Positions 32,562-41,343 are shown, numbered from the stretch's first letter. The stretch is DNA of 64,000 nt from Lachnospiraceae bacterium (GCA_031272985.1 JAISSU010000008.1:38800-102799); one strand, 5' to 3'. Notes: a model not told the origin generated them from the sequence alone. Translations and numbers: made by a program.

Positions 32562-32844
32562 TAGTACATTCCTCCCTTTTGTTGGTGTTTTTGCGGATTG
32601 CCCATACTGCGATTGCGGCAAAATGATTAAAGCATCTCATCGGCGATTGCGGAAGCGACAATGCTCTGGCAAAGGCGAATCATAAGCGGTATCCTCACTT
32701 CGGCAAGGCAAAAGCGGTACTGCATTTCCATTTCCCTTTAAAAGCGGCTATGTAATGCGAGACAATCCGCCACACCATTGTTAATTATTTTTGAGCTTCG
32801 AGATCTAATTGCTTTTGAGGCAATTTCCAAACCATTGGCTGACC

Positions 32845-32965
32845 TTTTATAAGATCAGGCGGGATTTGAACCCGCGATACACGCAAGTTACGCTTGGCAT
32901 ACCGTGAAAGCATGGCTTTTGGCACCGCCGGATAATCCGGATATCCGCGCAAAAGCGACCTTGCA
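32845..32965 (-). ncRNA. candidate structured ncRNA/leader containing a perfect tRNA T-arm mimic (tRNA-like element, not a functional tRNA)
   Basis: On the minus strand GCGGG-TTCAAAT-CCCGC (plus coordinates 32859-32875) is a 5-bp stem with a G53:C61-type closing pair and a 7-nt TTCAAAT loop that matches the T-loop consensus. A 6-bp hairpin (CTGATC..GGTCAG) follows it. No pairing partner for an acceptor stem and no anticodon arm were found. A TATAAT lies about 95 nt upstream on the same strand. Confidence 0.3.
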
Positions 32966-33026
32966 AAATTGATTATATGAATTGAAACGCAGAAAATCGT
33001 GGAAAAAAAGTTGCGAACTTAAAAAA

Positions 33027-33962
33027 TTAAATTTTGATTGTGCCAGAAAGAGCAAGTTGCATCCTGATTCGTTCTCTTATCAACCCAATAAAATGCTCAG
33101 GTCCGGTTACCTTAAGCATAGGACCAAAAGACAGAATCCTGATAAGAATTTCCGTCTCATCCAAAGCTTCGTAAGTCAGCTTTACATCGTATGTATCGTC
33201 ATCTAAGCGTCTGGTTTCCTTGCGGCAGTCCGAAAAATGAAGCATAACCCGTTCAAGCGCGTTGCGTTCATTTTTTAGCGTGAATTGAACCAAGGCCTCT
33301 TGGCGTTTCGGAATAATCAGACGTTCGCCTTCATAGTTTTCGGCTAAGGTGCAGCTTTTGATGCGACTTAGGTTAATATACGCAGCATATCTGCCACCTG
33401 CTGTTTCAAGCCTGAATTTATCATCCTTTGAAGAATATTCCAAACGATAAGGGATAAAGCGCCCATTTACACTTTTGTTGTGGCGGTTGCGATATTCGAT
33501 ATTTAGTCGCCGCTGTTCGTAAAAGGCTTTCAGTATCGTCCTAAAGTGTAAGATGTAAGACTCGTCAGTAAAGGGATCCCCATCTAAATAGCGATCAAAG
33601 TAAACAAAGTCATCCGGGGTAAATAACGGCTCTACATGTTCAAGCCCCGAAACGCAGATATCAAAAAGCCTGATGCGGGGGTCGAGTAATAGTGCTTTTA
33701 GCCAACGTTTTTGCAAAATCGTTAAAGGCATGGAAGGTTTATTTTTAATCGGTGTATTAAAATTCTTATCCATAATCAACCAGTCACCGTTTTTAAGCGA
33801 TGGGATAATGCTCAAAACGCTTTCGGAAAACGCCCGATCTCGGATAATCCGGACAATGCGTTTTTCATTGATTTCGCCTTCCAGTGTATCTGTAATGATG
33901 GCGGCAATCGCGTTAAAATATGCGCTGTAGACCTCGCTAAAGAGCATTCTCGTTACCTCCAT
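33027..33962 (-). CDS. WYL-domain transcriptional regulator (second of a tandem pair)
   Basis: 311 aa. WYL-like core ...GRFIPYRLEYSSKDDKFRLETAGGRYAAYINLSRIKSCTL plus a C-terminal extension. Overlaps the upstream WYL gene's 3' end. Confidence 0.55.
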   Translation of the reverse strand: MEVTRMLFSEVYSAYFNAIAAIITDTLEGEINEKRIVRIIRDRAFSESVLSIIPSLKNGDWLIMDKNFNTPIKNKPSMPLTILQKRWLKALLLDPRIRLFDICVSGLEHVEPLFTPDDFVYFDRYLDGDPFTDESYILHFRTILKAFYEQRRLNIEYRNRHNKSVNGRFIPYRLEYSSKDDKFRLETAGGRYAAYINLSRIKSCTLAENYEGERLIIPKRQEALVQFTLKNERNALERVMLHFSDCRKETRRLDDDTYDVKLTYEALDETEILIRILSFGPMLKVTGPEHFIGLIRERIRMQLALSGTIKI

Positions 33963-35178
33963 ACATTTTATTCAAAGTATCAAAATCCTCCCAAAACAGC
34001 TGTTGTGTCCTTCGGTCAGTGCACTTTAGCGAACATATACGCCCTATAAAGGTCCGAAGCCACGGAATCATCTCCCCGGGATCATATACATCAGCGGAAA
34101 ACTTCCATTCAGTTTCTGAAATCTGTGATATATTGCCACTTCGTTTTTCCCTCTTAAGCCTGTTAATTATATGAGCATCTTTTGGATCAATATTAAGTGT
34201 CATTTCGATATGAGAAGGTTCATGAAAAGCAGGGGAAACGCCCCATACATGCGGCATATCATCCTTTAGCATATCCTGATAAAAAGCGAACTCACAGCAT
34301 GTATCCAAAGGTTTTACTTTGTTGATTGCATCTATGCGTATGAATTGAATCCTCTTTTTTGAGCTGACATAAGCCGCGACATATTGTCTGCCGCCCTGGG
34401 TGCTTATATAGATTTTAAGAGGTACGGCGATAATCTTTCTGTGACGCCTTCGGTGGTCGGTCGCCGTTTCGAGTTCTACCTGCTTTTTATCATGTATTGA
34501 AGATAATAAATCAAGTAATATTCCATCATCCAAAGCAAACAAGAAGTATTGATGTTTAAATGAAAAAATTGGAAGCGGCGGTTCTTTGTACTTGTCCAGA
34601 ATAAAGCTTCCGATTACTCCGAGAGGATTTCCTTCTGAAAAGAAGGTGACAGCGTCTTTCCACAAATCCAATGGGATTTCGTTATCGGGCAGGAGATACA
34701 GATGTTGTTTTCCTTCTTGAATTCTATTAATCAAGCCGATTTCAGTATATTCTTTCAGCTTTTTTCGCAAGGTAGACACATCTATCTCATCGGGGCAGTC
34801 GAAAAAAGCCATGTAATCATTGTCGATAGACTCAATCAATTCTGTAAGGCTTCTCGGATTTTTGTCAGCTAAGATATCGAGAAGAATAAAGTGCAGATTA
34901 ATATCATTTTTCGTAAAACTCGCGGCTTTCCACGCCGTGTAGAAAGGGTTATGCGCAATATGCCTGCTGTCAAGGATAAGAAAAACCGTTTTCTGATTAG
35001 CGTCCTGTCGAAATGACATATAATCCGAAAGCCAGCTCTCGATACGCCGCTTTTCGTTATCGTAACTGCGAGTGCTCTTTGTGCCGACTTGCTCCCTGCT
35101 CTTAAAACCGTACACAAAAAACTCTCGTAAATAATCACGAATACGCGAAACATCTTTAATTAGCTCGTTGTAAGCCAT
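33937..35178 (-). CDS. HTH-WYL-WCX-type transcriptional regulator (first of a tandem pair; PafB/PafC- or BrxR-like architecture)
   Basis: 413 aa. N-terminal winged-HTH-like region and a central WYL domain (KIIAVPLKIYISTQGGRQYVAAYVSSKKRIQFIRIDAINKV), which fits the ...P.xL....WYL.a....R.FRldRI pattern. Confidence 0.65.
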   Translation of the reverse strand: MAYNELIKDVSRIRDYLREFFVYGFKSREQVGTKSTRSYDNEKRRIESWLSDYMSFRQDANQKTVFLILDSRHIAHNPFYTAWKAASFTKNDINLHFILLDILADKNPRSLTELIESIDNDYMAFFDCPDEIDVSTLRKKLKEYTEIGLINRIQEGKQHLYLLPDNEIPLDLWKDAVTFFSEGNPLGVIGSFILDKYKEPPLPIFSFKHQYFLFALDDGILLDLLSSIHDKKQVELETATDHRRRHRKIIAVPLKIYISTQGGRQYVAAYVSSKKRIQFIRIDAINKVKPLDTCCEFAFYQDMLKDDMPHVWGVSPAFHEPSHIEMTLNIDPKDAHIINRLKREKRSGNISQISETEWKFSADVYDPGEMIPWLRTFIGRICSLKCTDRRTQQLFWEDFDTLNKMYGGNENAL

Positions 35179-35205
35179 TTTTTACATCCTTGTTATTATT
35201 GTAAA

Positions 35206-35370
35206 GTTATTCAAATTCTTCTGTGATTATTTCAGATTTCAATATATTTGCTACAACAGCATTTCCTAAAACAACGATGTCATCTTTCTCATCTGCGTCT
35301 TGTTTATAAAATCTCCAACATTCCTCACCATTTGTAACTGTTAAATATACTGTCAAGGAAATGTTTTCAT
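35206..35370 (-). CDS. micro-ORF, hypothetical (54 aa)
   Basis: MKTFPLTVYLTVTNGEECWRFYKQDADEKDDIVVLGNAVVANILKSEIITEEFE. Its ATG overlaps the stop of the upstream ORF as ATGA. Sits 27 nt upstream of the WYL gene on the same strand. Confidence 0.3.
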
Positions 35371-35657
35371 TCGATTTCCTCTGCTCTCATTTCTGCAAGC
35401 ATTCGGTCAACATCTTCTTTCGAAAGTAGCCCAACTTTTTCGGCTTCGCCAGCCATACCCCCTTGCAAAACTTTCATGGCGTAAACCATTGAATTCATCA
35501 TAATCACGCGATCGCCCTCACAGATAAATTTCATACGTATTTCAACACATAATATATCACATAAACCCATCCCAAGAAGCCATGAAAGAGCATCCACAGC
35601 ACGGAATGCCATGTGGTAAATGATATTATCATTGCGACTATGCTGCCTATTCCCCAA
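35367..35657 (-). CDS. small hypothetical protein (55-96 aa, start uncertain)
   Basis: Track ORF. The C-terminal part MKFICEGDRVIMMNSMVYAMKVLQGGMAGEAEKVGLLSKEDVDRMLAEMRAEEIE has a clean composition. Translationally coupled to the next micro-ORF. Confidence 0.3.
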   Translation of the reverse strand: MGNRQHSRNDNIIYHMAFRAVDALSWLLGMGLCDILCVEIRMKFICEGDRVIMMNSMVYAMKVLQGGMAGEAEKVGLLSKEDVDRMLAEMRAEEIE

Positions 35658-35689
35658 GAACCGATTCCGCAGCCGCAGCCGCGTTTACG

Positions 35690-36230
35690 CTTTTTTCCAT
35701 TATCTTCCATAATGATCCTCTCCCTGAACTACCTGCCATTTTATTGTATCTTGTACCGCTTTGCCAGTAAATCCCTGAATACAGGCATGTTAAACTCGAC
35801 TTTCCCTCTCCCCGTTTCAGATATGATGCCGCGCTCAATCAGTCTTCGTTTATAGTGACTGGCATATGACGAACTGACTTTTTGTAATTATCTTTTCGTC
35901 TGTTTGAGCGAAAGAAAAATATCCGATTAACTGTATCATGAAGGGGTATCCTTGAGTATATTTTGCCGCCTTCTCCAAAGCTTCCTGTTCGATACTCCGT
36001 CCTGTCAGTTCACCGGCTCGCTCGGCTGCGATTCAAATGTTATTCCTGTTCCATAAACCTGTACACCGGTGACTTTTGAATTCTTTTTCTTAGGAAGATA
36101 TTCTTTAGCACGCTCCTCGGTCTGCAACAATATGTCTTCAAGCATTCCCGCCCAGCAAAGATCGGCGGAACATTTCCGAATGTTGGTGTAAAAGGATTTA
36201 AGTACATGTCTGCCTCCGTATAATTATTAG
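35690..36230 (-). pseudogene. decayed archaeal-type AAA+ ATPase (PF01637/DUF234-like) gene remnant
   Basis: The minus-strand frames give ...RSIEQEALEKAAKYTQGYPFMIQLIGYFSFAQTDEKIITK... (the G.P.y.Q..G motif of this ATPase family) and a C-terminal wHTH-like ...HYKRRLIERGIISETGRGKVEFNMPVFRDLLAKRYKIQ. The frames are broken by stops and frameshifts. Confidence 0.4.
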
Positions 36231-36287
36231 ATTTCTACTTACAGCATACAATACCTTTCAACAGTTTTCAACTTCCCATTATACGAT

Positions 36288-36668
36288 TTACTTTACCGTT
36301 ATGTTGTAGGTGAGGATTTTATCCGTGGGATTTTCTTCCCAGCTTCTCGTATATTTCAGGGTTATTGTGGCATTGCCGCTCTTTAATCCTTTAAAGGAGA
36401 GCGTGCGCGTTCCTCCCCCTCCGACCACATTTCCTTTGTCGGCGTCCTTATATTCATCTGCGTCCGGGGATATTACCCCCTCGTCGCTGATTTCATAAGC
36501 CCATTGGTAACCGGTCGTCGGGTTCTCATCCAGCGATATCGTGAATGTTTCCCCTGCTTTCACGCTGATATCGAGGTCGTTTTCTCCATAGACTTTTTTA
36601 GTACCCTTGCAACCGGTCGCAATAACGATTAATGTCATTGCTAAAATAAGGCTAACTAATTTCTTCAT
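36288..36668 (-). CDS. protease inhibitor I42 (chagasin-like) family lipoprotein
   Basis: 126 aa. Lipobox LIVIATGC and the chagasin signature NPTTGYQW. Confidence 0.75.
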   Translation of the reverse strand: MKKLVSLILAMTLIVIATGCKGTKKVYGENDLDISVKAGETFTISLDENPTTGYQWAYEISDEGVISPDADEYKDADKGNVVGGGGTRTLSFKGLKSGNATITLKYTRSWEENPTDKILTYNITVK

Positions 36669-36748
36669 AATAATTCCTTTCGATGGTAATATTTTTACAG
36701 CAAAAACAATATACTGCTATCTGAATTAATTTTCAAGTTAATTTATTT

Positions 36749-39010
36749 TTATTCCATTGCCTTGAGCGCCTCAACCATATTCAGTCGGCGAATTTTGCTC
36801 GAAAACATTAGATTTACGATAATTGAAAGTCCGAAAGTAAATACAAACGATATGAGTAAGGTCCTCGGGTGCGATGAAATCGGAAAATCAAAGGACTCCC
36901 CTGAATATGAACAAATAATTTCCGTAAGTTTTAAGCCGCCGGGGATCCCAAAAGCAAAACCAATCACCGAAAACCAGAGGTTTTGCGTCAGAAGTAGATT
37001 TCTTAAATTGCCGGATTTAAGCCCCATCACCTTAAGTGTTGCCAAGGAGCGCTCCATTTCTGTAAAAGACAAAAGTCCGAGATTATAAAGCACTACGACA
37101 GAAAGAATGGCTGCTGCCACAATCAGAAGATACACCATGATAAACACTGCTTCGGTAAGCTCATCCCACCCTTTTATGCTCTCGGATGTGAGCGTTATAG
37201 ATTCCACACCGTCATATTTTCCGCTTACAGTGCGCGCAGATAATATTGCCGTAGGCTTCCACTTAAAACCATACTTCTCAAATTGCTCCCTGTTCATCGT
37301 AATGCCCTGATTCACAGGCTCACGATAAATAGCCGACACTACGCTTTCATGCCAATCGGAATCGCCATAAATATGCCATTCCAAGACTTCCCCCTTTTTT
37401 ACACCCAAAGCCTCTGATACCTTTCCCGTAATTGACACACCCTTAGTCGGAAGTATAATCGGATTCATTCTATAATCAGTAGGAACAATGAGCGTCGTGC
37501 CATCAGTCACGCGCAACGTACCCGTTTTTTTGTTGCTCTTATAGCGAATTTCTATGCTTTCTTCAATAATTGCCTCGCCGCTAACATCCGTCATAATATT
37601 CTGAATCTGCTCATCCGTAATAGTGCTGTCCAACTGAAGCTTTGATTCATAAATATTTACGGTTTCATACTGCCATTTTTTCAAATCATTCATGGCGTCA
37701 TTCATGCTCAATGCGCAGACGATTAGAGTCGTGCAACCGAATACACCTACTATTGCCATAAACGACCGTATTTTATTGCGCGTGGCATCGCGGATATTCC
37801 ATTGGGCATTAAAGCCAATTTTCACCCATAATCGCGTTCGTTCAAATAAACCATGCCTGATTGCTTTAGGAGCTTTCGGGCGCAATGTATCGGCAGGAGT
37901 TTCAGAAAGGTGCCTGCGGCAAGCAAGGAAGCTAACGGCGGTGCAAAGTAAAACTAATGCTATGGAAACCGCATAATAAACAGGCTCATTTGAGGCAATT
38001 TGCCATTTTGGAATGGTATAAAAACTCGACATTGACGGCAGAAATAATCTCGGAATAATAAGAGGACCTAAAATAAGACCAAGAACCGCGCCGAAAAGCG
38101 ACAATGCAAATCCATAAGCCACATAATGCCAAGTAATAGCACCCTTTTTAAAGCCAAGCGCTTTTAATGTGCCGATCTGGATGCGCTGGTTGCTCACGAG
38201 CCGCGTCATTGTCGTCATCATGGTTAATAACGCAATCAAAAGGAACACAACAGGAAAAATATCACCCATCATTTTGTGTTGCGAAACCTCGTTTTGAAAC
38301 ATTGATACGCTTGCGTGGTCCTTTTTCTCCAGATAAACACTGTATTGATTATCAAGTGCTTCGGCCACGGCACCTTCTTGCACGTCACCCTTAATCAATA
38401 GCGTGCTGTAAGTGAGATAATCAGGCACCGGAAAGGCTTTATAAGAAAGATAGGCGTAGCCAAATTTGCTAAAATCAGGTTGCATGCTATCGCTACCGGA
38501 TTCGTAGACCTGCTCGGGAAAATAAATAAGACCACGTACTGTTTTACTGAATTTTAGGCCACTTACGGTAGCATTAATCGTATCCCCGACCTTAATACCA
38601 TTGGAATCGGCAAAGCGTTTATCAAGCCAGAGCCCTTCGGTGTCATTTAAGTCAAACGTACTCCCTGCTGCTATATACGGTTTTGAAATATTGTCGTCTT
38701 CTACAAAATACAAATATAGTGTTTTCTCATTTAAGATCGTCGCCGATAACTCCATCCGCCGCGCAACGTCCGTAACGCCTTCCAGATTTAGCACTGCCAT
38801 TTCTTGTTCTTTTGTAATATTATTCCCATATACAAAAATATCAGCGAGGTTGGAAGTTTCGTAATATTCGTCGACACTCTTTTGTAAACCCCTCCACTCA
38901 CCGCCGACACCCGTATAAATAAAAATCGCGAGAAACGCCATCAGAAAAATGGAAATGAATTGAGATTTGTGGCACCCCATGTCGCGGAACATTTTCCTCG
39001 TAAGCATCAC
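36749..39010 (-). CDS. ABC transporter permease, FtsX/MacB family (duplicated 4-TM FtsX domains with large extracytoplasmic loops)
   Basis: 753 aa with two FtsX-like TM bundles. Overlaps the upstream ATPase gene by 4 nt. Confidence 0.85.
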   Translation of the reverse strand: MMLTRKMFRDMGCHKSQFISIFLMAFLAIFIYTGVGGEWRGLQKSVDEYYETSNLADIFVYGNNITKEQEMAVLNLEGVTDVARRMELSATILNEKTLYLYFVEDDNISKPYIAAGSTFDLNDTEGLWLDKRFADSNGIKVGDTINATVSGLKFSKTVRGLIYFPEQVYESGSDSMQPDFSKFGYAYLSYKAFPVPDYLTYSTLLIKGDVQEGAVAEALDNQYSVYLEKKDHASVSMFQNEVSQHKMMGDIFPVVFLLIALLTMMTTMTRLVSNQRIQIGTLKALGFKKGAITWHYVAYGFALSLFGAVLGLILGPLIIPRLFLPSMSSFYTIPKWQIASNEPVYYAVSIALVLLCTAVSFLACRRHLSETPADTLRPKAPKAIRHGLFERTRLWVKIGFNAQWNIRDATRNKIRSFMAIVGVFGCTTLIVCALSMNDAMNDLKKWQYETVNIYESKLQLDSTITDEQIQNIMTDVSGEAIIEESIEIRYKSNKKTGTLRVTDGTTLIVPTDYRMNPIILPTKGVSITGKVSEALGVKKGEVLEWHIYGDSDWHESVVSAIYREPVNQGITMNREQFEKYGFKWKPTAILSARTVSGKYDGVESITLTSESIKGWDELTEAVFIMVYLLIVAAAILSVVVLYNLGLLSFTEMERSLATLKVMGLKSGNLRNLLLTQNLWFSVIGFAFGIPGGLKLTEIICSYSGESFDFPISSHPRTLLISFVFTFGLSIIVNLMFSSKIRRLNMVEALKAME

Positions 39011-39714
39011 CAGCTCACCTCCCGAATCGCTTTGGGCGCGGGATTTTTGCTGACCTCCCTGATTTTACCATTTTTAATGCGGATTACTCTGTCAGCCGCC
39101 TCGGAAAGCACTGAATTGTGTGTGACAATAATTACCGTTTTCCCGCGCACCCTGCACAGCTTTTGCAACATCTCCAGCACAATTACGCCTGTTTCGCTGT
39201 CAAGAGCACCCGTTGGCTCGTCACACAGAAGCATCGTCGGGTTTTTTGCGACAGCCCTCGCAATGGATACTCTCTGCTGCTCTCCGCCCGAAAGCTGGGC
39301 GGGAAATTGATTCGCGTGATCGGACAAATCCACCAGTTCCAGGACTTCTTTTGCGTCAATCGGATTCTTGACGATTTTCTTTGTCAATGCAATATTTTCA
39401 AGTGCCGTCAAGGTCGGAATCAGATTATAAAATTGGAAAACAAAGCCGACATGCTCTGCCCTGTATTCCGTTAGCTTATCATCTGAAAGCCCGACAATAT
39501 TCTTATCATTGACAATGATTTCCCCCGATGTGGCATAATCCATACCGCCGAGCAGATTAAGAAGCGTAGATTTCCCGGCTCCCGAGGGACCTAAGATAAC
39601 GACGAATTCGCCCTCTCCTATTGCAAAACTAACATTATCTAAGGCCTTAAGAACGTGATTACCTGCATCGTATTCGCGAGTAACGTTTTGGAAACGAATG
39701 ATTTCTCTTTTCAT
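39007..39714 (-). CDS. ABC transporter ATP-binding protein (MacB/LolD-type)
   Basis: 235 aa. Walker A GPSGAGKST, ABC signature LSGGEQQRVSIARA, Walker B LLCDEPTGALD. Confidence 0.92.
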   Translation of the reverse strand: MKREIIRFQNVTREYDAGNHVLKALDNVSFAIGEGEFVVILGPSGAGKSTLLNLLGGMDYATSGEIIVNDKNIVGLSDDKLTEYRAEHVGFVFQFYNLIPTLTALENIALTKKIVKNPIDAKEVLELVDLSDHANQFPAQLSGGEQQRVSIARAVAKNPTMLLCDEPTGALDSETGVIVLEMLQKLCRVRGKTVIIVTHNSVLSEAADRVIRIKNGKIREVSKNPAPKAIREVSW

Positions 39715-39761
39715 AATGCTGATCCCCTCCGAACTACCAATAACGACTATCGTTAATGCGA

Positions 39762-39777
39762 GTTAGTCATGACTAAC
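39762..39777. promoter_or_regulatory. 16-bp perfect palindrome GTTAGTCATGACTAAC (candidate operator) about 45 nt upstream of the ABC operon start
   Basis: Exact inverted repeat. A near-identical GTTAGCGATGACTAAC occurs at 44312-44327 upstream of feoA. Confidence 0.45.
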
Positions 39778-39862
39778 CACCAAGAGAATAGCACATCGTT
39801 TCAGGAAAGTAAAGCTGATTTGTTTACAAAAAATGTATGCTCTTAATTATTTATTCATGAAT

Positions 39863-39891
39863 CTTTCGTAGAATAAATTATTCTACGAAAG
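39863..39891. promoter_or_regulatory. 29-nt perfect palindrome CTTTCGTAGAATAAATTATTCTACGAAAG
   Basis: 14-bp arms around a single central base, no T-run. Lies about 150 nt upstream of the ABC operon, so it is a candidate operator. Confidence 0.4.
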
Positions 39892-39924
39892 GATTCGCGA
39901 CATCGAGGGGGAAGACTGGGATTT

Positions 39925-39952
39925 AAAAGAAGAGCTTCGGCTCTTCTTTTTT
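39925..39952. terminator. rho-independent terminator-like hairpin (bidirectional)
   Basis: AAAAGAAGAGC-TTCG-GCTCTTCTTTTTT: a 9-bp GC-containing stem flanked by an A-run and a T-run. Confidence 0.6.
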
Positions 39953-40487
39953 GTCATATCCACCGTGTTAGTGAGTCTTTGATACCCATAAGTAAAAGAG
40001 AGAATAATTGCGAACTTTGGCAACTATCTCATTATACGCTAATAAAATAAATCTCATGCCGGGGCTTATTAAGTAAACTAAGACTTGGCGTTCCGGAAGA
40101 ATCTCTAAAAGACTATATGCACGATATTTTAAACGACCAAGGAATTGATTTTAACGAAGCTCTTCGGGCAGCTAAAGGCTTTTTGGAACTGGTGATTTGG
40201 CTTATGCATTGCATCTGCAATGTAGTTTTAGATTTCGGGATAAGGACGATATACTGGTTACCAAGGTTGTCGATGCAAAAGTAAGTCGTTGGGGAGATCT
40301 TACTATTAATTTTGATCGTGGTTTAGTGATAGAGATATTTGTGAATACGACATTTGAAGAATGTCGGAGATTTATTTATACGGATTAGTGATATAACTGA
40401 ATGATTTTCGCTCTTTAATGTACCAAGGAAATCTTTTGTGTGCTATTATTGTTAACGAAAGACCATATTAATTGCGTGAGGTGTTGT

Positions 40488-41343
40488 ATGGCAAGAAAAA
40501 TTAACCTTAACATCACTGATTTCCGAGATTTTAGAAATGGTAATTATCTTTATGTAGATAAGACTCCTTTTATTGAACACTTGGAGAATGACGGAAACAC
40601 TGTCTTTCTTTTTTGTCGTCCCCGGCGCATGGGCAAGACTATGAATTTGACCATGCTTAGATATTTCTATGATATGAAAGAAGATGCAAAGGGGATGTTT
40701 GAGGGACTTCACATCGAAAATGACCTAATATTTCAAAAAATCAATAAATACCCTGTGATTTATCTTAGCTTCAGAGATTTTGGAAAAGATAATTATCTCG
40801 CTACTTTTGTTAAAATCGTTAACAGTGAATTGAGACGTTATCTTTCAATTGAACAATTTTCCGAAGACGTAAAACTGACTCTGTCGGATCCCAAGACATT
40901 TGGTACCGGATTTCTAAAGGATGTTACAAAGAATCTCTTTGACGTTTACAATGAGAAGGCAATAATACTGATTGACGAATATGACAAACCTATGATGGAT
41001 AATGTCGGGAAACCGGAATTTGAAGATCTAAGAAATTTTATTAAAAGAGTCATGTCATCTGCCCTAAAGGATAATCCTTACCTTTTTAGAACTAAAGTAT
41101 GTTTGGAGTGATTTTCTGCTGCAAAACGTATATCTGGGGAGAAGAAACGAGATTGAAAAAGATATAATTGAATTCAAAACTGCGAAAACTGAAGAAGAGC
41201 TGCCAGAAGCGCCGAATGAGGCCATAAAGCAGATTCATGAAAAGCATTATGACTATGGGCTTCCAAAAGAAAAGGCCACTTACAATATTGGGATAGGGTT
41301 CTATAAGAAAATATGTAAGGTGGAAGTGGAACAAGTAATATGA
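40488..41343 (+). pseudogene. AAA-ATPase-like (PF09820) plus PD-(D/E)XK_9 nuclease-family gene with an internal deletion or frameshift
   Basis: The N-terminus MARKINLNITDFRDFRNGNYLYVDKTPFIEHL...FLFCRPRRMGKTMNLTMLRYFYD matches the family N-domain. The frame stops at 41111. A second frame (41158-41343) encodes the family C-terminal tail ...IEFKTAKTEEE...QIHEKHYDYGL...IGIGFYKK. The central roughly 250 codons are missing. Confidence 0.55.

Noticed and set aside
32845-32965. A genuine tRNA gene on the minus strand (T-arm GCGGGTTCAAATCCCGC)
   Set aside because: The 7 nt after the T-stem (CTGATCT) have no complementary 5' partner at the expected distance. No anticodon stem-loop or D-arm could be built, so this is annotated as a tRNA-like element rather than a tRNA.
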